A stretch of 34,116 nt of DNA from Chthonomonadaceae bacterium (GTDB taxonomy: Bacteria > Armatimonadota > Chthonomonadetes > Chthonomonadales > Chthonomonadaceae). The DNA is taken from positions 1-34,116 of the forward strand of contig DASRGZ010000127.1 in the NCBI GenBank assembly GCA_035650735.1. The letters are read 5' to 3'. The notes under the pieces were generated by a model. It made no database searches. It worked only from the letters and a program-made list of their open reading frames with translations, and was not told the DNA's origin. This document shows positions 1 through 7,261 of this stretch, piece after piece. Made by a program: the position numbers and the translations under genes. The first letter of the stretch is position 1. Every line of letters starts with the position of its first letter.

Positions 1-438
1 CGGATCGGGCTAGATGTGTCGCGGCTGCGGATGGCGGATGGGTCGGGGCTATCGCGCAGGAACTATGTATCGCCGCGTAACCTCGTGCGCCTGCTGGTCT
101 ACCTTCATACGCTGCCGACTTTCCCGATCTTCTATAACTCCCTGCCGATCGCTGGGGCGGACGGCACGCTGCGGCGGCGTCTGCGAGGCACGGCGGCGGC
201 AGGGAACTGCCACGCGAAGACCGGCTCCCTCGCGCACGTCAGCAGCCTGAGCGGCTACGTGACCACCCGCGACGGCGAGATGCTGGCCTTCTCCATCCTG
301 ATGAACAACCACCTGGCCCCCAATCGTGACTGCGCCGCCGTACAGGATAAGATCGTGGCGCTGCTGGCCAGCTACTCCCGCAAGAGCGCTCTTCATTCCA
401 ACAGGATGAACAGGATTTCTCAGGATTTACAGGATTAA
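1..438 (+). CDS. dacB: D-alanyl-D-alanine carboxypeptidase/endopeptidase (PBP4, peptidase S13), 5'-truncated by window edge
   Basis: ADGSGLSR.N and AKTGSL..VSSLSGYV motifs typical of the S13 C-terminus; frame open from base 1. Confidence 0.9.
   Translation, partial: RIGLDVSRLRMADGSGLSRRNYVSPRNLVRLLVYLHTLPTFPIFYNSLPIAGADGTLRRRLRGTAAAGNCHAKTGSLAHVSSLSGYVTTRDGEMLAFSILMNNHLAPNRDCAAVQDKIVALLASYSRKSALHSNRMNRISQDLQD
401..437 (+). repeat. CAGGAT(T/G) ~9-10 bp tandem repeat x4, one arm of a REP-like element
   Basis: acaggatgaacaggatttctcaggatttacaggatt; same unit as at 18785-18928 and 23568-23660. Confidence 0.75.
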
Positions 439-501
439 AATTTTCCTCTCCAATAGGAGCCAGGCATTTTCCAGCGCTATCGGATGGAGGCAAGGTAGCC
501 T

Positions 502-678
502 ATGCGCGACGCGAACAGGAAGGTTCTCTGCCTGGCTGTATTGGCAATTCTGCTGTCTCTTGGCTCCGGCTGCGGCGGAGGAGATCACAGCGGAGGAGAT
601 CACAGAAGCCAGCAATACTATTCCTGCCAGGATAATTGTGACTTCCAAGTATCAGGCAGCACGGCAGAGAGCCGATGA
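502..678 (+). CDS. Small putative lipoprotein (58 aa), possibly a truncated remnant
   Basis: Own translation MRDANRKVLCLAVLAILLSLGSGCGGGDHSGGDHRSQQYYSCQDNCDFQVSGSTAESR*; GGAGG upstream; basic N-terminus, hydrophobic core, lipobox-like GSG-C; too short for the ORF track. Confidence 0.5.
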   Translation: MRDANRKVLCLAVLAILLSLGSGCGGGDHSGGDHRSQQYYSCQDNCDFQVSGSTAESR

Positions 679-832
679 TGACTACGCTCAATGTATTTCA
701 ATCCCAATCACCCCTCCCATCGAATGCAGACAACAGCATGATCTGGCTCTTCAGTTGCCGCAGAGCGCCTTATCCAGTTGCTCGGATAGATGTCTGAGTT
801 ACTAGAATTAATCTGAAGGTGTGGAGTAAGCG

Positions 833-1963
833 ATGAGTGATAGGATGCAAGTTGGGAAAAGGGAAATGGCGCGGGCGGCGGTGATGCCGGGGCCGGGACT
901 GGCTCCGGAGGTCCGCCGCTATCCGGTGCCGGAGGTGGAACCGGGCGCTGTCCTGCTCAAGACCATCGCCTCCGAGGTTTGCGGAACCGATGTGCATCTG
1001 TGGCATGGGCGGCTGGCGGGCGTGCCGTATCCGCTGATTCCCGGCCACGTCAGCGTCGGCCGGGTGGAGGCGACTGGCGGAGAGATCCGGGATGCCGATG
1101 GCGTGCCGGTGCGGCCCGGAGACGTCATTACGTTTTTAGATGTCCATGGGACGTGCAATTCCTGCTGGTACTGTCTGGTGGCGAAGGCGACGACGCGCTG
1201 CCCACACCGGCGGGTCTATGGCATCACCTACGGGGCGGAGGATGCGCCGGGGCTGTCGGGCGGCTGGTCGGAGCGTATCTATCTGCGGCCCGGAACGAAG
1301 ATCGTGGGCCTGGCGGAGGGCGTCTCCCCGGAGGCCTGGATCGGGGGCGGCTGCGGCCTGCCGACCGCCGTGCATGCCATTGACCTGGCGCAGATACGAT
1401 TGGGCGACCGGGTGCTGATCCAGGGCAGCGGGCCGGTGGGATTGAGCGCGTGCGCGCTGGCGATGCTGAGCGGGGCCGGCTGGGTTGGCGTGCTGGGAGC
1501 GCCCGCACAGAGGTTAAAGGCAGCGGAGGCCATGGGCGCCGACTGGAGGCAGGACGTGACGCAGACGACACGGGAGGAACGCGCCCGCGCCGTGCGCGAT
1601 GTCACTGGAGGGCGCGGCCCGGACATCGTGATCGAGGCCAGCGGCAACCCGGAGGCCGTTCCCGAAGGCTGCGAACTCGTGCGGGATGCGGGCCGGTACG
1701 TGATTGTAGGGCAATATACGGACAATGGCAGCATCGAGCTCAACCCACACCTGCATATCAACCGCAAGCACCTGGAGATACGCGGCTGCTGGGGCTCGGA
1801 CTACTCGCACGTCTATCGGGCGATGGAGATCCTGGCCCGGTTCGGGCGGCGCGTAGACTGGTCGGCCCTTATCACTCGCCGCTACGGCCTGAGCGAGGTC
1901 GGCGCCGCCCTAGCGGACGTGGAGGCCCGGCGGGTCGTGAAGGCGGTCATCGTGCCCGAGTGA
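833..1963 (+). CDS. Zinc-dependent alcohol dehydrogenase (MDR family)
   Basis: VCGTD, GH, CxxCxxC...C structural Zn site, QGSGPVG NAD-binding motif. Confidence 0.9.
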   Translation: MSDRMQVGKREMARAAVMPGPGLAPEVRRYPVPEVEPGAVLLKTIASEVCGTDVHLWHGRLAGVPYPLIPGHVSVGRVEATGGEIRDADGVPVRPGDVITFLDVHGTCNSCWYCLVAKATTRCPHRRVYGITYGAEDAPGLSGGWSERIYLRPGTKIVGLAEGVSPEAWIGGGCGLPTAVHAIDLAQIRLGDRVLIQGSGPVGLSACALAMLSGAGWVGVLGAPAQRLKAAEAMGADWRQDVTQTTREERARAVRDVTGGRGPDIVIEASGNPEAVPEGCELVRDAGRYVIVGQYTDNGSIELNPHLHINRKHLEIRGCWGSDYSHVYRAMEILARFGRRVDWSALITRRYGLSEVGAALADVEARRVVKAVIVPE

Positions 1964-2011
1964 CCTACTCCACCGCACAAACGGAAAAGCCCAAAATCTC
2001 TTGAAGATGTT

Positions 2012-2374
2012 TTATTTGCTTTGCTCCGGGTGGGGACCGAGGCGGTCGCGGTCTTCGATGTGGTTCCAGGCCGTTTCGTAAGAGATCTGGCCGGCGCGGT
2101 AGAGCTTGAGGATGGAGTCATCCATCGTCTGCATTCCGGCGTCACGGCCCGCTTCAATCGCCAGCCGCAGATCGGTGTGCCCCTCCGCAATGAGCTGCTG
2201 GACGCGCGGGGTTGCGATGAGAATCTCGTTGGCGGCGACGCGTCCGGGGCCGTCGGCGCGCGGCAGCAGGCGCTGGGAGATGATGGCGACGAGCGTGCGG
2301 GCCAGCGTGCGTCGAATGCCCTCGCGCGCCTGTTCTGGGAAGACATCCAGAGCATACTGGAGCGTTGGGCCCGC
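2012..2374 (-). pseudogene. C-terminal fragment of a PilT/PilU twitching ATPase
   Basis: Own translation ...ALDVFPEQAREGIRRTLARTLVAIISQRLLPRADGPGRVAANEILIATPRVQQLIAEG...GRDAGMQTMDDSILKLY...*; no Walker A or B; preceded by an in-frame TGA. Confidence 0.8.
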
Positions 2375-2697
2375 TCAGACCAGATGCAGGGAGCGCTCCT
2401 GCGGCGGCGGGTAGGGCAGGATGATCGCCGGGGCTTTACGCATCGGCTCTGGGGACGCGCCGCCAGCTGACGGCGCAGCGCGGCCATTTCCGCCCGCACA
2501 GCCTTCAGCTCAGCCCGCAGGGCGCGCACTTCGGCCAGCAGTTCCCCGACCTTCAGGCGCTCTATCTCCTGTACCTCGGCGTCGCCGAGCAGTCGCGCGG
2601 CAAAGCCCACGAGACGCCGCTGGCAGGCTTTCACCAGCCGCCCGAACGCCTGCGCATCGCCCTCTGCGATCCGTTGGATTAAGGCGTCCTCCTCCAT
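2375..2697 (-). pseudogene. ECF sigma factor N-terminal fragment fused to a coiled-coil (anti-sigma-like) tail, frameshifted
   Basis: MEEDALIQRIAEGDAQAFGRLVKACQRRLVGFAARLLGDAE resembles the start of ECF region 2; it switches to ELLAEVRALRAELKAVRAEMAALRRQL, and another frame ends ...PAIILPYPPPQERSLHLV*. Confidence 0.6.
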
Positions 2698-2765
2698 GCG
2701 CCGTCCCTCCCTCATAAAGAGAAACGCAGGATGGGGGAGCGTGATTCACAGAATTTAGGGAAAAG

Positions 2766-2814
2766 GAGGAGGTAATTTGCGCCGTAAGAGGAGGTAATTT
2801 GCGCCGTAAGAGGA
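2766..2814 (+). repeat. 22-bp tandem duplication (2.2 copies)
   Basis: gaggaggtaatttgcgccgtaa at 2766-2787 and 2788-2809, then gagga. Confidence 0.9.
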
Positions 2815-2875
2815 CCGCTGACCGTTCTGGCGAGCCATCACGGCATGAACTGGTCGCTTTGCTGGTTCGAATCGC

Positions 2876-2904
2876 TTGCGCTTTCCGCGTTAACCTGTTA
2901 TAAT
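2876..2904 (+). promoter_or_regulatory. Sigma70-type promoter for the kdsC operon
   Basis: TTGCGC-17 bp-TATAAT with extended -10 TG. Confidence 0.7.
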
Positions 2905-2928
2905 GGGTTCAGAAACCGAGAATTCAGG

Positions 2929-3513
2929 ATGGGCAGTCTGGAAGCGCAAGGGGCCGATATCTGCGCCAAGCTGGCGCGCATCCGCCTGCTGGCAATGGAT
3001 GTGGATGGCGTGCTCACCGATGGAACCATCGGCTATGATGGGCAGGGAGCCCAGCAGAAGCGATTTCACGTCGCCGATGGCCTGGGGCTTGTGGTGCTGG
3101 GGCAGGAAGGGATCGCGGTCGCCTGGGTTACGGGACGCAGGGATGCTGCCGTCGAGCGCCGCGCCGCCGAACTGTCCGTGCCCTATCTACTGCAAGGCGT
3201 GCGGGATAAGGGCCGTGCCTTGCGGCAGTTGGCTGCCCAATTGGAGTTGGCGCCTGAGGAGATCGCCTATATCGGCGATGACTGGAACGATCTGACGGCC
3301 TTTGCCGTGGCCGGTGTGCGCCTGGCAGTCGCCAACGCCGCGGAAGAGGTCAAGGCGCAGGCCGATCTGGTCACCACCCGCAGCGGCGGCCTGGGGGCCG
3401 TCCGTGAGGTGTGCGAATCGATCCTCGAGGCGCATGGCCGGCGTGGCGATGCCGTCGCGGCCTATGTCGCCGCGCTCTGTCAGGGAGGAGACGTGCCGCC
3501 GTCCGGGCAATAG
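2929..3513 (+). CDS. kdsC: KDO 8-phosphate phosphatase (HAD IIIA, KdsC family)
   Basis: MDVDGVLTDG, FHVADGLG, YIGDDWND, GGLGAVRE motifs. Confidence 0.88.
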   Translation: MGSLEAQGADICAKLARIRLLAMDVDGVLTDGTIGYDGQGAQQKRFHVADGLGLVVLGQEGIAVAWVTGRRDAAVERRAAELSVPYLLQGVRDKGRALRQLAAQLELAPEEIAYIGDDWNDLTAFAVAGVRLAVANAAEEVKAQADLVTTRSGGLGAVREVCESILEAHGRRGDAVAAYVAALCQGGDVPPSGQ

Positions 3514-3546
3514 ACCTCCTGATAAGCGCCCATGGACAACGCAAAG

Positions 3547-3702
3547 CGATTCCCCGCAGGTGCGGAGGTGAACCGCACGACGCTGGAGTGGTTTCTGTGC
3601 CTGGAGCCGACCTATTCCCCACGCGCGTGGGGGTGAACCGAGGATCGCCACGGTCGGCATGCCGGATCATCCGGCTTTCCCCACACACGTGGGGGTGAAC
3701 CG
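3547..3702 (+). CRISPR. Orphan mini CRISPR array with type I-E-like 29-bp repeats (3 repeats, spacers 36 and 33 bp)
   Basis: CGATTCCCCGCAGGTGCGGAGGTGAACCG (3547-3575), CTATTCCCCACGCGCGTGGGGGTGAACCG (3612-3640), GCTTTCCCCACACACGTGGGGGTGAACCG (3674-3702). Confidence 0.8.
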
Positions 3703-3716
3703 CGGAGGCGAGATAG

Positions 3717-4103
3717 ATGTCCCCTGTTGATTACATGTCTTGTCCGCATTGCCAGGTGAATAATCTGCCGGATCGCTCCGTTTGCTGGCGATGCGGCAGG
3801 GCGTTGCCTGTCTTCCTTGGCCCGGATGGGCATCGGCGTTCTAACGCCGGCTCCCCAGAGAGCAAATTGAGCCGCGACGAGATTGAGGCCCTGCTGGCGC
3901 AGGCGCAGGTCGTGGATGTCGAGAGCGCCAAAAAAGGCACGCCTCCGACGGGTGGACCGCCCACGAAAGCCGAACCGCTCAAGAAGCTCCGGGAGTTGCT
4001 GAAGAAAAAACCGTCCAATCCCTCTCAGGAGGACGCTGCCAGCTCCAAAGATGTGGCCAAAGTGTGGCTGGGGCGCGGGAAGCGGCGTCAGCCGGAACTT
4101 TAA
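3717..4103 (+). CDS. Hypothetical protein with N-terminal zinc ribbon
   Basis: CPHC...CWRC; GGAGG RBS; co-oriented within the operon. Confidence 0.7.
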   Translation: MSPVDYMSCPHCQVNNLPDRSVCWRCGRALPVFLGPDGHRRSNAGSPESKLSRDEIEALLAQAQVVDVESAKKGTPPTGGPPTKAEPLKKLRELLKKKPSNPSQEDAASSKDVAKVWLGRGKRRQPEL

Positions 4104-4124
4104 ACCCCGTGGCCGGGAGGAAGC

Positions 4125-5009
4125 ATGGCTGTCGGCAATCGGGGACGACTGACCCTGCTGCATACCAACGACTTTCATAACCGTTTGACTGAGGCGCAGG
4201 CGATCCGTCTGCGCCTGCTCCATGACTCCCTGGCCCCGGAATGCTTGCTGCTGGATGCCGGCGACGCCATCCGCGCCGGAAACATCACCTATCACCCGCG
4301 CGGCGAGCCGATCTTGCATCGGATGACCCAAATCGGGTACGATGCCATGACCGTCGGCAACCGGGAGTTCTATTTTACACGTGTTGGGTTTCATTGCAAG
4401 CTGGCGCGCGCCGGCTTTCCGGCCCTGTGCGCCAATGTTCGCCCCGCGCGCACGCCGCAGGGGGATACCACCTGCGATGCGACTGGAGTCGCCCTGGACA
4501 GGCGCGCAGAGGCGGGCGCTCCGGAAGAACCGGAGAGCAAATTGAGCCGCGCGGAAAGTTCGCGCGCTCACGGCGGTGCGGAAACCCTTCCGGTTCGCCC
4601 CTACATTGTGCGCCAGACGCCGGCGGGATGGCGCGTCGTCGTCTTCGGGCTGACCGTTCCCATGATTACCGAGCGGATGCTGGCGCGCAGGATCTCCGCC
4701 TATGTCTTTGAGGACCCGCTGGCGGCGGCGGCGCGGCTGGTGCCGGCACTGCGCGGCCAATATGCCCCCGACCTGTTGATCGCGCTCACGCACATCGGCC
4801 TGGCCCGAGATCGGCAGCTCGCCGAAGCGGTGCCCGGCATTGACCTGATCCTCGGGGGACATACACATGCGGCGCTGGATCAGGGCGAATGGGTCGGCGG
4901 GACGCTGCTGGCGCAGGCCGGCGCGTTCGGGCGCTTTCTGGGGCGCGTGGAAGCCTGGAAAGAGCCGGAGGGCCGCCTGCGCCTGAGCGCTTCTCTGGAA
5001 TCGTTATGA
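4125..5009 (+). CDS. Metallophosphoesterase, 5'-nucleotidase/CpdB N-terminal-like
   Basis: LHTNDFH, LLDAGD, GNREF, LTHIG, ILGGHTH motifs; no 5'-nucleotidase C-terminal domain. Confidence 0.85.
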   Translation: MAVGNRGRLTLLHTNDFHNRLTEAQAIRLRLLHDSLAPECLLLDAGDAIRAGNITYHPRGEPILHRMTQIGYDAMTVGNREFYFTRVGFHCKLARAGFPALCANVRPARTPQGDTTCDATGVALDRRAEAGAPEEPESKLSRAESSRAHGGAETLPVRPYIVRQTPAGWRVVVFGLTVPMITERMLARRISAYVFEDPLAAAARLVPALRGQYAPDLLIALTHIGLARDRQLAEAVPGIDLILGGHTHAALDQGEWVGGTLLAQAGAFGRFLGRVEAWKEPEGRLRLSASLESL

Positions 5010-7261
5010 AGTCCTTACTGCTGCTCGTGTGTGCATTGTGGATCGCCGCCGGCGCGGGGCGGCTGCTGATGGGGCGGCTGACCGTGCTGCGCGGTTGGCC
5101 TCTGGAGCGCTTTGTCTATTCCGCCGCGCTGGGCCTGGCCGCCGCCGCCTATGGCGTCTTCGCGCTGGGCCTGGTCGGGCTGCTGTCCTTTTGGCCCATC
5201 ACCGCCTGGTGGCTGTTTCTGGCTGCCATCGGCATGGGCGGGATGATCGCCAACGCCCACGACCTGAGGGACGGTACGCACGCCTGGATGGCCAGTTTGC
5301 GTCAGGGCGGCCTGGCGCGCGTCGGCTACCTCGCCGCCACCCTGGCGCTGATCCTGTGCGCCGGGATCGCCGTCCTGGCCTGCTTTCTGCCGCCTGGCGG
5401 CCCGGAATGGGACGCCCTGGCCTACCATCTGGCAGATCCCAAGCTCTTCCTCGAACACGGGCGAATCGTCAGCTTGCCCACCGAGCATCACAGCAACTTC
5501 CCCTTTACGATGGAGATGCTGTTCACGGTCGGCCTGCTCTACGACGGCTACGCCCTGGCCAGCCTGTTCCACTTCCTGATGGCGGCGCTGACGGCGCTGG
5601 CGCTGATCGCCTTCTGCGCGCGCCGCCTGACGCCGGCGGTCGGGTACCTGGCCGCCGTGATCTTCGCCGCGACCCCTTTAGTGGTCTGGGAGGCGCACGC
5701 CGCCTATATTGACCTCGGGCTGGGCCTGTTTGCGACGCTGGCCGCATTTGCCGCCGTGTCGGCGGTGGGGGAGGGGGACGCCGATGCGGGACGCTCCCTC
5801 TCCATCAACGCTAGTTGCCCGGATGCGCTGGCTGCGGGGGACGACGCCGGTGCGGAGCGCTCCCCGGCGGACCAACGCAGGGTGGGGGAGTGGGCGCTGC
5901 TGGCAGGCGCGGCGATGGGATTCGCGCTGGGCATCAAGTACCTGGCGCTGGTGCCGTTTGCGCTGGTCGGCCTGTTGCTGGTGTTGCGGCGCGCGCCGTG
6001 GCGGGCGGTAGCCGTCTACGCGGGCCTGGCGCTGGCGTTGGCCGCGCCGTGGTACATCAAGAACCTCGTCCTCGTTCATAACCCGGTCTATCCCTATTTT
6101 TATAAGGCGTTCCCGCAGAGCCGCTACTGGAGCGCAGACCGCGCGGCCACCTACGAGTCGGAGCAGAAAAGCTTTGGCGTGCCCCGCACCCCGGACGGCC
6201 AGGCCCGTAACCCGCAGGCCCCGCTTCCCGACGAGCTGCGCAGCCTGGCCCAGATCCCCTGGTACGTGCTGATCCATCCCGGCTACTTCACCAATACCGG
6301 CAACAATACGTTCATGGAGCAGTTGGGCGGGCTGTATGCGGCCTTCGGCTTTGCGCTCGTGTTTGTTCCGGGCGTGCCCCGCTCGGTGCGGGAGGTGATG
6401 CTGCTGGGCGTGGCGCAGCTTGTCGCCTGGTTCTTTGTGGCCCAGATCAGCCGCTACCTCATTTCCATTCTGCCGCTGCTGGCGGTGGGGGCGGGCTATG
6501 CGGCCTGGCGGCTCTCCCAGCCTGCCCGGTCGCCGGCCTGGCTGCGCGTTGCGGTCGTGGGCGCCCTCGCCGGGCAGATGGCTGTTCTGCTGTGGGGCGT
6601 CTTTGCGCTGCCCACGCGGGCGCAGGAGGCACGGGAGGAGGACGTACCCATCACGTCGCTTTCGGTGCCGGAGGTTGTCTCGGCGCTGACCCAGCCGCAG
6701 GGCGCGCAGGATCTGCTGTCAGCGCGGCTGGAAACCTATCGCTGCACGCAGTGGATCAACAAGAACACGCCGCCAAAGGCAGGCGTGATCCTCTACGATG
6801 AGACACGCGGCTTCTACCTGGATCGGAACTACCTCTGGGGCAACGGCGAGCACTCCGCCTATATTCCTTACGAGACGATGCGCTCCGGAGAGGACCTGAC
6901 GCGCTGGCTGCTGGCACACGGGTATCAGTATGCCCTGATCAACCTGCGCTACTCGCCGGAACGGAGCCTGCCGAGCTCGCCCTATCCGTTCGGTCCCAAG
7001 AGCCGCGAGGAGACAGAGGACGCCCTGCGGCTCTGGTACGAGCAGACGAAGGCGCCGCCCGGCTCCTGGCGGCGTATTTTGGGCGACGCGCTGCGCTCTG
7101 GCGGATGGCAGGTGGAGTGCGCGGAGAACGGAGTGGTGGCGCTGCGCATTGGCGAGGCGCCGGCCATTGGGCGGACGGTCCTGACTCCCCCGTTTCCCTC
7201 TCCGGCCCCAAGGAGGAAGGAGGAGACAGAGGGGGGAGGGGAGAGAGGGTGGGCTGGTTGA
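5006..7261 (+). CDS. Polytopic membrane protein, GT-C fold glycosyltransferase (ArnT/PMT-like)
   Basis: ATGA overlap with the upstream gene; WDALAYHL, PWYIKN...NPVYP, RYLISILP motifs; many TM segments. Confidence 0.7.
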   Translation: MKSLLLLVCALWIAAGAGRLLMGRLTVLRGWPLERFVYSAALGLAAAAYGVFALGLVGLLSFWPITAWWLFLAAIGMGGMIANAHDLRDGTHAWMASLRQGGLARVGYLAATLALILCAGIAVLACFLPPGGPEWDALAYHLADPKLFLEHGRIVSLPTEHHSNFPFTMEMLFTVGLLYDGYALASLFHFLMAALTALALIAFCARRLTPAVGYLAAVIFAATPLVVWEAHAAYIDLGLGLFATLAAFAAVSAVGEGDADAGRSLSINASCPDALAAGDDAGAERSPADQRRVGEWALLAGAAMGFALGIKYLALVPFALVGLLLVLRRAPWRAVAVYAGLALALAAPWYIKNLVLVHNPVYPYFYKAFPQSRYWSADRAATYESEQKSFGVPRTPDGQARNPQAPLPDELRSLAQIPWYVLIHPGYFTNTGNNTFMEQLGGLYAAFGFALVFVPGVPRSVREVMLLGVAQLVAWFFVAQISRYLISILPLLAVGAGYAAWRLSQPARSPAWLRVAVVGALAGQMAVLLWGVFALPTRAQEAREEDVPITSLSVPEVVSALTQPQGAQDLLSARLETYRCTQWINKNTPPKAGVILYDETRGFYLDRNYLWGNGEHSAYIPYETMRSGEDLTRWLLAHGYQYALINLRYSPERSLPSSPYPFGPKSREETEDALRLWYEQTKAPPGSWRRILGDALRSGGWQVECAENGVVALRIGEAPAIGRTVLTPPFPSPAPRRKEETEGGGERGWAG

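Noticed and set aside
1882..2715. 277-aa minus-strand ORF as an intact gene
   Set aside because: The distal two-thirds is an off-frame reading of the pilT fragment and overlaps the dehydrogenase
3612..4868. 418-aa antisense ORF
   Set aside because: Shadow ORF of GC-rich genes with no motifs; likewise 17358-18800, 20535-21944, 27663-28865 and 30394-31962
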